A program made the position numbers and the translations under genes. Source: an uncultured Candidatus Entotheonella sp. (GTDB lineage Bacteria; Tectomicrobia; Entotheonellia; Entotheonellales; Entotheonellaceae). Taken from it: a stretch of 64,000 bases of DNA. The notes below the pieces were generated by a model, which searched no databases, was not told the DNA's origin, and saw only the letters and a program-made list of their open reading frames with translations. The stretch spans positions 448,001 through 512,000 of the forward strand of contig OZ244252.1 of assembly GCA_965217185.1 (NCBI GenBank). The letters are read 5' to 3'. Of this stretch, positions 29,934 through 38,517 are shown piece by piece (position 1 is the first letter of the stretch; the number at the start of each line of letters is the position of its first letter).

Positions 29934-31310
29934 TCACTGGGTGTTGACCGTCGCAATGACCGACATGCCCGGGCGCAGCATCACGCCGGGCGACGCTGAC
30001 GGCTCGATGCGAATTTTGACCGGCACGCGCTGCACGACCTTGACGAAGTTGCCGGTGGCGTTTTCGGGCGGCAACAGGCTGAAGATGGCGCCCGTTCCGG
30101 GGCTGAGGCTCTCTACGGTGCCGGAGAAGACCTCCTCGGGGTAGGCATCCACCCACAGAGTGGCGCGCTGTCCGGGACGCATGTGTTGCAGTTGGGTCTC
30201 CTTGAAATTGGCCTCTACCCATACTTCCTGCAGCGGCACTATCGCCAGCAACGGCCGGCCGGTCTGCACCACTTGTCCGATCTCCAGGTTTTTCTTGGCG
30301 ACCACACCGGCAACCGGCGCCTTCAGCGTGGTGTGTTGCAATTGCAGCCTAGCGTAGGCAAGGTCCGCCTCGGCCTGCTGCAGAAGGGCCTGCGCGACCT
30401 TGACCTCCGCTTGCTGGATGTCAACGCTTTGATGCTGCGCCTGCGAGCCCTCCAACCGGGCCTGCGCTTCTGCCACCCGGGCCTCCTCCTCCTGCACCAT
30501 CTCTTGCTGCTGGCGCAGGGCGAACTCGGCGGTTTCCAATTCGCTGCGCGCTCGCTGCAGGTGCTCTACCTTGGCTCGCTTCTCAGCCCTCGCCGCCTGC
30601 AGGGCACTGTTCGCCTGATCAAATTGCTGCTGCGCCACCACGCCGTCGTTCAAGAGATTTTCCACGCGCTCGAAGCCGGTCTGGGCCATGACAAGATGCA
30701 CGTCCTGGGTGTCCACGTCGGCCTCAGCAGCGGCCACGGCGGCCTCCCACGTGCGCAAATGCGCCTCGGCCTTTTCGGCGCCGTGCTGTGCCTCGCGCAG
30801 GGCGCTCTGGACGGCCAGCAGGGTGGCGCCGGTGCGGACCGTGTCATTGCTGGTGCTGTCCTGTGTCAATTGCACTTGCAGTTCGGCGCGCCGCAGGCGT
30901 GCTGCCGCTACCGCCACCATGGCTTCCACCTGGACAACCCGGGCAGCGAAATCGTCGGGGTCGAGTTCAGCCAACAGCTGGCCGTCTTCCACCTGCTGAT
31001 GTTCGGAGGCGTGCACGTTCATGACGGTGCCGCTGACGCGGGCGCTGATGGGCACGATATCGCCGGTCACATAGGCGTCATCGGTGGTTTCGTGTGTCTG
31101 ATAGTAGCGCCACAACTGCAGCCCATACGGGGTGCCGACAGCGATCAGGATGAGACATAGCAGAGGGCCGAGGACGCGCTTGCGCAGCCACGCGGGGCGG
31201 CTGCCGGCCAGCCGGGGTGCGTCGGCGGGGTCCTCATTCACGTCCTGTGGGGAAGTGGGGTTGGAAGCGTGCGTGCCGCCCGGTTGGGCGCCGTGGCTTT
31301 CTTCGGCCAT
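29934..31310 (-). CDS. HlyD/EmrA-family membrane fusion protein
   Basis: TTDDAYV, long coiled coil, VWVEANFKETQL, FSLLPPENATGNFVKVVQRVPV. Confidence 0.92.
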   Translation of the reverse strand: MAEESHGAQPGGTHASNPTSPQDVNEDPADAPRLAGSRPAWLRKRVLGPLLCLILIAVGTPYGLQLWRYYQTHETTDDAYVTGDIVPISARVSGTVMNVHASEHQQVEDGQLLAELDPDDFAARVVQVEAMVAVAAARLRRAELQVQLTQDSTSNDTVRTGATLLAVQSALREAQHGAEKAEAHLRTWEAAVAAAEADVDTQDVHLVMAQTGFERVENLLNDGVVAQQQFDQANSALQAARAEKRAKVEHLQRARSELETAEFALRQQQEMVQEEEARVAEAQARLEGSQAQHQSVDIQQAEVKVAQALLQQAEADLAYARLQLQHTTLKAPVAGVVAKKNLEIGQVVQTGRPLLAIVPLQEVWVEANFKETQLQHMRPGQRATLWVDAYPEEVFSGTVESLSPGTGAIFSLLPPENATGNFVKVVQRVPVKIRIEPSASPGVMLRPGMSVIATVNTQ

Positions 31311-31581
31311 TATGTTGACTCCATGAGGGGCGCCCCCGGTTCCTGAGGGACGCGATTTTGTGCGCGCCAGTGTTGGCGGGCAACCGCAAATAAAGTGCTC
31401 TTGTCCAGGATTGAATCTTCAATTGTACCAGCAGCGAGTTCCCGGCATGGGGACGAATAGTATTCTGTATGCAGACGGGATTGCAAACCGCGGTCACCGT
31501 CCCTATTGACTTTTGCCGGGAAGTCCAAACAATAACGCCCCGGCACTATCGCAATCATCCCCCGCCGCCAGGAGGCAGCCC

Positions 31582-33186
31582 ATGGCCGCAGTCGCGCAAT
31601 CTCAACGTTACGGATGGAAATCGCTGCTGCTGGCGTGCCTGTTGACGGTTTGCTGCAATTCCGTCATGGCAGCCGGGGGCACGCTGAAAGTTATCCCGCA
31701 CGCCGACCTGAAAAATACCGATCCGATCTGGACCACCGCCTACATCACCCGCAACCACGGCTACATGATTTACGACACGCTGTTCTCGCTGGACGCCGAC
31801 CTGCAGCCGCAGCCGCAGATGGTGGACACCTGGACCGTCAGTGACGACGGCCTGATCTACACGTTCACCCTGCGCGATGGGTTGCGGTGGCACGACGACG
31901 CACCCGTGCGGTCGGCGGATTGTGTGGCGTCCATCCAGCGCTGGGGCAAGCGCGACGGCATGGGCCAGAAGCTGCTCGAATTTACCCAATCCCTCACCGT
32001 TGTGGACGACCGTACCTTCACGCTGACGCTCACCGAGCCGTACGGGCTGGTGCTGGAATCCCTGGGCAAGCTGAGCAGCAACGTGCCGTTCATGATGCCG
32101 GAGCGCCTGGCGACAACCGACGCCTTCACCCAGATCAGCGAGTCCATCGGTTCGGGGCCGTTCGTGTTTGTGAAGGACGAATGGATACCGGGCAGCAAGG
32201 TCGTTTACGTCCGCAATCCCGACTACGTGCCGCGCCCGGAGCCACCGAGCTTCGCTGCCGGGGGCAAGCGGGTTCACGTCGAGCGGGTGGAATGGCTGTA
32301 CATCCCGAATCCGGCGACCGCGCAGGCGGCCCTGGCAGCGGGGGAGGTGGATTATTACGAACGCCCGCCGGTCGATCTGTTGCCCCTGATGGAGCGCGAC
32401 CCCGGCCTCACCGTGGCGGTGATCGACCCGCTTGGCACCCAGGGTTGGCTGCGCCCCAATCATTTGCACCCGCCGTTCGACCGCAAGGAGGCGCGCCAGG
32501 CGCTGCTGTGGATGGTCAACCAGGAAGATTACCTGCGGGTGATCATCGGCGATCCGCAGTTCTGGCGCACCTGCGGCTCGTACTTCATGTGCGGCACGTC
32601 GCTGGAGACCGACGCGGCCTCCGAGGCGCTCGTGCAGCAGGACCTGGACAAGGCCAGGCAATTGATGCAGGAAGCCGGCTACGCGGGTGAAACGATCGTG
32701 CTCATGGACCCGACGGACATCCCGCTTCTCCACGGCGCCTCGCTGGTCACGGCGCAGATGCTGAAGAAGATCGGCGTCAACGTGCAGGTGCAGGCGATGG
32801 ACTGGAGCACCCTGACGTCGCGGCGGGTCGAGAAGAAAGCACCCTCAGAGGGCGGCTGGCACCTGTTTCATACCTGGGCGACGGGCGCCGACGTGGCCTC
32901 GCCGGTCAACAACATCGGCCTGTCGGGCGGCTGCGAGGCGAAAGCCTGGTTCGGCTGGCCGTGCGATGAGCGGCTCGAAAAGCTGCGCGACGACTGGGCG
33001 CGGGCCACCGACGCCGAGCAACAAAAGGCCATCGCCGAGGCGCTGCAGCGCGCGGCTTACGACAACGTGCCGTACGTCAATTACGGCCAATGGTTCCTGC
33101 CGACCGTGTACCGCAAGTCCCTTCAAGGCGTCATCGTCTCGCCGGTGCCGTTCTTCTGGAACATCGTCATAGCTGAACAGGGGTGA
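31582..33186 (+). CDS. Peptide/nickel ABC transporter substrate-binding protein (family 5)
   Basis: Signal peptide, DPIWTTAYITRNHG, YTFTLRDGLRWHD, IGSGPF. Confidence 0.92.
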   Translation: MAAVAQSQRYGWKSLLLACLLTVCCNSVMAAGGTLKVIPHADLKNTDPIWTTAYITRNHGYMIYDTLFSLDADLQPQPQMVDTWTVSDDGLIYTFTLRDGLRWHDDAPVRSADCVASIQRWGKRDGMGQKLLEFTQSLTVVDDRTFTLTLTEPYGLVLESLGKLSSNVPFMMPERLATTDAFTQISESIGSGPFVFVKDEWIPGSKVVYVRNPDYVPRPEPPSFAAGGKRVHVERVEWLYIPNPATAQAALAAGEVDYYERPPVDLLPLMERDPGLTVAVIDPLGTQGWLRPNHLHPPFDRKEARQALLWMVNQEDYLRVIIGDPQFWRTCGSYFMCGTSLETDAASEALVQQDLDKARQLMQEAGYAGETIVLMDPTDIPLLHGASLVTAQMLKKIGVNVQVQAMDWSTLTSRRVEKKAPSEGGWHLFHTWATGADVASPVNNIGLSGGCEAKAWFGWPCDERLEKLRDDWARATDAEQQKAIAEALQRAAYDNVPYVNYGQWFLPTVYRKSLQGVIVSPVPFFWNIVIAEQG

Positions 33187-33204
33187 TCAAACGGTGACCG
33201 CACT

Positions 33205-34146
33205 ATGATTGCCTACCTGCTGCGCCGCCTGCTTGCCACGATTCCGGTGATGCTGGTGGTCGCGCTGTTCGTCTTCGCCTTGCTGCACCTCAGCCCCGGA
33301 GACCCCGCCGCGGTGATCGCCGGGGACTACGCCTCGCCGGAAGATATAGAGCGCATCCGCCACAAGCTCGGGCTGGACGCGCCGCTGCACCAACAGCTGG
33401 GCATCTGGCTGTGGCAGGTCGTGCGGGGGGACCTCGGCACGTCGATCTTCTCCAATCTGCCGGTCTCCAAGCTCATCGGCCAGCGCCTCGAGCCGACGCT
33501 GACGCTCACCGCCTGCACCATGATATTTGCGGTGCTCCTGGCGGTGCCAATGGGGGTGGTGGCAGCCTGGCAGGCGGGCACCTGGATTGACCGCGCGGTG
33601 ATGGTGTTTGCCGTTCTGGGCTTCTCCCTGCCGGTCTTCTGGCTGGGATTCCTGTTCATCTTCGGTTTTGCCCTCAAGCTTCAGATTCTGCCCGTTCAGG
33701 GCTACGTCAGCATTCGCGAGGGGCTGTGGCCCTGCCTGCGGCACCTAGTACTGCCGAGCCTGACTCTCGGCATGGTGTACATGGCGCTGATCGCCCGCAT
33801 GACCCGCGCCAGCATGCTGGAGGTGCTGCGCGAGGACTACATTCGCACCGCCCACGCCAAGGGGCTGAGGCCGCACGTCGTGCTGCTGTGGCACGCCCTG
33901 AAAAACGCCTCCCTGCCGATCGTCACGGTTATCGGCGTGGGGGTCGCGCTGCTCATCGGCGGCGTCGTGGTGACCGAGAGCGTCTTCGCCATCCCGGGCC
34001 TCGGACGCCTTACGGTCGACGCCATCCTGCACCGCGATTATCCCGTCATCCAGGGGATCATTCTGATTTTCTCGGCTATCTACGTGCTGATTAACCTGCT
34101 CGTGGACCTTGCGTACACGGTCCTCGACCCCCGTATTCGCTACTAA
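33205..34146 (+). CDS. Peptide ABC transporter permease (DppB-like)
   Basis: PGDPA, GDLGTS, DYIRTAHAKGL, DPRIRY. Confidence 0.93.
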   Translation: MIAYLLRRLLATIPVMLVVALFVFALLHLSPGDPAAVIAGDYASPEDIERIRHKLGLDAPLHQQLGIWLWQVVRGDLGTSIFSNLPVSKLIGQRLEPTLTLTACTMIFAVLLAVPMGVVAAWQAGTWIDRAVMVFAVLGFSLPVFWLGFLFIFGFALKLQILPVQGYVSIREGLWPCLRHLVLPSLTLGMVYMALIARMTRASMLEVLREDYIRTAHAKGLRPHVVLLWHALKNASLPIVTVIGVGVALLIGGVVVTESVFAIPGLGRLTVDAILHRDYPVIQGIILIFSAIYVLINLLVDLAYTVLDPRIRY

Positions 34147-34190
34147 GGCACTTCTGGATCAATATGGCTTGCTCGTTCGTCATAATCCAT

Positions 34191-34303
34191 TCCTCCCCCC
34201 TTGAGGGGGAGTCGGCGAAACAAGGGCGTAGCCCGCAGGCGAGCCGGTGGGGGGAGGGAATTGTTGCTCCCTCTGCCTCCGGGGGTTGGGGTGAGGGGGA
34301 AAA
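34191..34303. repeat. REP-like palindromic intergenic element
   Basis: ctccccc-cttga-gggggag hairpin and ggggtgagggggaaa tail shared with 59301-59343. Confidence 0.6.
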
Positions 34304-34324
34304 TCTAGGGAACATGGGCATTTT

Positions 34325-35206
34325 ATGGTGACGGCGACCGCACAACCCTATCTCGTCGAAGACCAGCCGAGGTCCGCTTCCCTCCTGCGCATGCTCAGGC
34401 GCAATCCCACCATGGTCGGCGGCGCCTGTTTCCTGCTCGTCATGCTGGTGACGGCGCTAGGAGCACCTTACTTCGGCACCATCGACCCCGAGGAGCTGAA
34501 CCCTATTGATCGGTTGCGCAGTCCGTCGCTGACGTACTGGTTCGGCACCGACATGCTGGGCCGCGACCTCTACAGCCGCACGATGTACGGCAGCCGCATT
34601 TCGCTGCTGGTCGGGCTTTGCGTGGCAGTGCTGAGCCTGACCATCGGGCTGGCCATCGGGCTGCTGAGCGGCTACCTGCGACACGTCGATACCGTGGTCA
34701 TGCGGATCATGGACGGCCTCATGGCCATCCCGGCCATTCTGCTGGCCATTGCCCTGATGGCATTGATGAACGCCAGCGCGCAGAACGTCATCATTGCGCT
34801 GACCATCCCGGAAATCCCGCGCGTGGTGCGCCTCGTTCGTGCCCTGGTGCTTAGCCTTCGGGAGCAGGCGTTCGTGGAGGCGTCGCGCGCCGTGGGAGCG
34901 GGCATGTGGCGGGTGCTGCTGCGGCACATCACACCCAATACCGTGGCGCCGCTCATCGTGCAGGGCACGTACATCTGCGCCTCGGCGGTCATTTTCGAGG
35001 CTTACCTCAGCTTTCTCGGCGCCGGCACGCCGCCGAACATTCCAAGCTGGGGCAACATCATGGCAGAAGGGCGGACGTACGTGCAGATCGCCTTCTGGAT
35101 CATCCTTTTCCCCGGCCTGTTCCTGGCGTTCACGGTCCTGGCTATCAACCTGCTCGGCGATGGCCTGCGCGATACGCTGGACCCCAAGCTGGCGCGGCGC
35201 ATGTGA
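34325..35206 (+). CDS. Peptide ABC transporter permease (DppC-like)
   Basis: FGTDMLGRD, FVEASRAVGA, LSFLGAG, PSWG, GDGLRDTLDP. Confidence 0.93.
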   Translation: MVTATAQPYLVEDQPRSASLLRMLRRNPTMVGGACFLLVMLVTALGAPYFGTIDPEELNPIDRLRSPSLTYWFGTDMLGRDLYSRTMYGSRISLLVGLCVAVLSLTIGLAIGLLSGYLRHVDTVVMRIMDGLMAIPAILLAIALMALMNASAQNVIIALTIPEIPRVVRLVRALVLSLREQAFVEASRAVGAGMWRVLLRHITPNTVAPLIVQGTYICASAVIFEAYLSFLGAGTPPNIPSWGNIMAEGRTYVQIAFWIILFPGLFLAFTVLAINLLGDGLRDTLDPKLARRM

Positions 35207-35237
35207 GGCGTTGAACGCTGCCCCTGATCAGGCGGGG

Positions 35238-35741
35238 TTACGACGCGGCCGCTTGCTGTTGCTTGATGAGGTTCATCAGCCCGTCGGCGCGGATGATGTC
35301 CATGATTTCCTGCGGGTAGGGCTTTGCCTGGAAGGCGTTGCCGGAGCGCGTGTTCTTGACGATGCCTTCCTCGATATCGAGGGAAATGGGGTCCCCGTGC
35401 CGGAAATCGGCCACCGCTTCCGGCAGTTCGAGCACCGGCAGGCCGATGTTGATGGCGTTGCGGAAGAAGATGCGGGCAAAGGACGACGCGATGACCGCGA
35501 CGATGCCGGACGCCTTGAGCGCCATCGGGGCGTGCTCCCGCGACGAGCCGGAGCCGAAATTCTCCTCGCCCACCACGACGTCCCCATACCGCACGGTCGG
35601 CAGGAAATCACTGTCCAAATCTTCCATGCAATGCTTGGCCAAGTCTTCCGGTTCGTTGAACATCATGTAGCGCGCCGGGAGAATCAGGTCGGTATTAACG
35701 TCCCGCCCGTACCGGTACACCTTCGGCTGTAGCTGTGCCAT
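35238..35741 (-). CDS. leuD: 3-isopropylmalate dehydratase/homoaconitase small subunit (short LeuD/HacB type)
   Basis: VNTDLILPARY, NFGSGSSREHA, SFARIFFRNAIN. Confidence 0.88.
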   Translation of the reverse strand: MAQLQPKVYRYGRDVNTDLILPARYMMFNEPEDLAKHCMEDLDSDFLPTVRYGDVVVGEENFGSGSSREHAPMALKASGIVAVIASSFARIFFRNAINIGLPVLELPEAVADFRHGDPISLDIEEGIVKNTRSGNAFQAKPYPQEIMDIIRADGLMNLIKQQQAAAS

Positions 35742-35758
35742 GTTGATGCTCCTTTATG

Positions 35759-37069
35759 CTATTCCGTGAATTGGGTCAGAGCCGCCGCGGTGTCGGCCGT
35801 GGCCACCTCGCTGGGGTCCGTAATGAAGCCGGTAATCGCCGAGGCGGCGGCCACCGCCGGTGACGCCAGGTAGGTCTCGCCGCGCACGTCGCCGGTGCGG
35901 CCCTTGAAGTTGCGGTTGGACGTGGACAGCATCCGCTCGCCCGCCCCGATGACGCCCATGTAGCCGCCCAGGCAGGGACCACAGGTGCCCTCGGCGACAG
36001 CAAAGCCGGCTTTGGCGAAGATGCTGATCAGCCCTTCGTCCAGGGCCTGCATGTAGATGTTGTGGCTGGCCGGGATGACGACGCCGCGCGTCCATTTGGC
36101 GAGCTGGTGGCCGTCGAGGATTTTGGCCGCGATGCGCAGGTCTTCGAGCTTGGCGTTGGTGCAGGAGCCGATGAATACTTGGTCGATGGCCACTTTCTCC
36201 TGCATTGCCTGGCTCACCGGCTTGCAGTTGCTGGGTAGGTGCGGGAAGGCGACCTGGGGCTCCAGATTCGAAATGTCGAACTCGTGCACCGCGGCATAGG
36301 TGGCGTCGGCGTCCGCTTCCACGCCCTGGAAGTCGCGTTTTGCCCGCCCGGCCTCGTACGCCAGCGTTTTGTCGTCGCACGGGAAGATGGAGTTCTTGGC
36401 GCCGCCCTCGATGGCCATGTTGGCGATGGTCAGGCGCCCTTCGACCGATAGATGCTGGGTTCCCTCGCCATGAAATTCCTGTGCTTGGTACAAGGCTCCG
36501 TCGTCGCCCAATTGGCTGATGAGGAAGAGCACCACGTCCTTGGCGGAGACCCACGGGCTCTTCGGCACGCCGTTGAAGACGATCTTGATGGTCTCGGGCA
36601 CGCGCAGCCACAGCTCGCCGGTGGTCCAGGCGGCTGCCAGATCGGTGGAGCCGATGCCGGTGGCAAACGTGTTGACGCCGCCGTAGGTACAACTGTGGGA
36701 GTCGGCGCCCAGCACCAGATCGCCGGGGACGACGTAGCCCTCGTCCGGCAGCAGGGCGTGCTCGATGCCGCCTTGGCCCGCTTCGAAGTAATGCTTGATG
36801 TTGTACTTGCGCGCGAAATCCCGGCACGTTTTGGCCATGGCAGCGGAGGCGATGTCCTTGGCCGGTACGAAGTGGCTCATGACGATGAAGACTTTGTCCG
36901 GGTCGGCGAACTGGGTGATGCCGTTGGCGTCGAGGATGCGGACCGTCAGGGAAGTCGTGATATCATTGCCCATGATCACGTCGGCCTTGCCGACGACCAT
37001 GTCGCCGGGGGCGACGCGGGCCTTGCCGGAAGACCGCGCGAGGATGTGTTCACTGCGAGTCATGCCCAT
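35759..37069 (-). CDS. leuC: 3-isopropylmalate dehydratase/homoaconitase large subunit (short LeuC/HacA type)
   Basis: GIEH, GADSHSCTYG, IGSCTN, CGPCLGG, STSNRNFKGR, YLASP. Confidence 0.88.
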   Translation of the reverse strand: MGMTRSEHILARSSGKARVAPGDMVVGKADVIMGNDITTSLTVRILDANGITQFADPDKVFIVMSHFVPAKDIASAAMAKTCRDFARKYNIKHYFEAGQGGIEHALLPDEGYVVPGDLVLGADSHSCTYGGVNTFATGIGSTDLAAAWTTGELWLRVPETIKIVFNGVPKSPWVSAKDVVLFLISQLGDDGALYQAQEFHGEGTQHLSVEGRLTIANMAIEGGAKNSIFPCDDKTLAYEAGRAKRDFQGVEADADATYAAVHEFDISNLEPQVAFPHLPSNCKPVSQAMQEKVAIDQVFIGSCTNAKLEDLRIAAKILDGHQLAKWTRGVVIPASHNIYMQALDEGLISIFAKAGFAVAEGTCGPCLGGYMGVIGAGERMLSTSNRNFKGRTGDVRGETYLASPAVAAASAITGFITDPSEVATADTAAALTQFTE

Positions 37070-37231
37070 GGTGGTGTCCCCCGCTTACCCCACGCAGGGG
37101 CAAGCCTTAGTTGGGTTGCGAGATGTTGTGTTGCGTGCCCGAATGGCGGCACATGCGGTTGCCGTCGGAGGGAGCGGCTATTGCACGCGACTTTCGGCGA
37201 ATTGTCAAGCGGAGCAGCGAGGAGCGTACGA

Positions 37232-38407
37232 TTGAGCGTCGCAGAATCACTAACAACGGTCTGCCTGGGTCAGGGCACGGAGGCCATTGGGTGCCACCTG
37301 CAGCATGTCGTGGCGGGCCGTGATTGCCGATTGATCAATTCCGTCATCACCGGCTGTGAGGGCAATCTCGTCGTGCTGGGCGACCGCGTGACGCTGATCA
37401 ACTGCCACGTGCGGGCTTCCGGGCAGCGCAGTGCTTTCGAGTTTGGGGGGTGGGGCGTGGATCAACGCTCGACCCGTCTGGAAGACGATGCCTGGTTCAG
37501 CCACTCGCACCTGCTCAACACGCTAGTGGAAGCTGGAAGCCGCGGCATCCATGCGGCGTTGGACCACTGCCATGTCGGACCCCGTAACGACCTTCGCACC
37601 TTTACCAACATGACCCGCAGCCGCACGGCGGCGGATTGCCAGTTGGGTTCGGAAGTCAGCAAAACCCTCATCCTCGGCCGTGGATTCGTGAGCGAGCACG
37701 CCAATACCTACCTCAGCCTGCTGGCGCCTGCCGACTACCCCATCCTCACCGAAGACGGACGCGAGGAGGTGCTTGCGGGCCTGCCGAACGCCACGAACAT
37801 CGGTGCTGGCACCGTTTTCTCTAACTACGACGGTGAGCCGCTGCCCGCCCACTCAGTCGAGCAAAGCCCCGGCAGCGCCAAGGGCACCGCCGTCGTCTAC
37901 ACGTCCTTCGTCTGTATCAACTGCCGGGTCATCAACCGTTATGGGCAGCCGCAGGGGCAGCCCGGCCCTTTCGACCTCTTGCGCCGTCGCGACCTGACGA
38001 TTCTGGGTTTCGGCAGCTTCGTGGAAAACAAGGTCACCGGCCGCGTTCCCGCCTTTGCCTACGCTGGCGACCTCTCGTCCCGCTCCCACCAACTCGGCTG
38101 GGTCCTGGCCAAAAAGCCCGGCATTATCCTCAATTTCATCACCAAAATGCGCCGCCTGCTTGACGACCAGTCCTGGCGCTTGCGCGACCTCGTCGAAGGC
38201 ACCCTGCGCCTCGAATGCCAACTCCTCCAAGACGAACTCGCCGGCACCCGTCCCAGCTTCTACACGCGCGAGCAACTGCAAAGTGGCTTGGCAATTCTGA
38301 AATCCCACCTCCAGGACCGCCGCTGGTCCATGACCGACGCCGGGGATTGGCAGCGCCGCTGGTCTTTCGACAACTGCCATCAGCAGTGGGTCTGCGACGC
38401 TGGGTAA
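37232..38407 (+). CDS. Hypothetical protein with left-handed beta-helix resembling the GlmU acetyltransferase domain
   Basis: TTG start after GAGGAG; GSEVSKTLI, NTYLS, TNIGAGTVFSNYDG resembles GlmU NIGAGTITCNYDG. Confidence 0.65.
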   Translation: MSVAESLTTVCLGQGTEAIGCHLQHVVAGRDCRLINSVITGCEGNLVVLGDRVTLINCHVRASGQRSAFEFGGWGVDQRSTRLEDDAWFSHSHLLNTLVEAGSRGIHAALDHCHVGPRNDLRTFTNMTRSRTAADCQLGSEVSKTLILGRGFVSEHANTYLSLLAPADYPILTEDGREEVLAGLPNATNIGAGTVFSNYDGEPLPAHSVEQSPGSAKGTAVVYTSFVCINCRVINRYGQPQGQPGPFDLLRRRDLTILGFGSFVENKVTGRVPAFAYAGDLSSRSHQLGWVLAKKPGIILNFITKMRRLLDDQSWRLRDLVEGTLRLECQLLQDELAGTRPSFYTREQLQSGLAILKSHLQDRRWSMTDAGDWQRRWSFDNCHQQWVCDAG

Positions 38408-38517
38408 GGGCGGCGACAGACTGCACTGCATCGCCGGTATGCCTTATGCGTGGTACTCGTGAGACCGAGTCAGCACCTTGCCGCAGGCACACATGATCAG
38501 CTTGACGACTGGCACGG

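Noticed and set aside
36452..37231. N-terminal 260 aa of the 651-aa ORF 36452-38407
   Set aside because: Mostly antisense to leuC; a TTG with RBS at 37232 is the better start.
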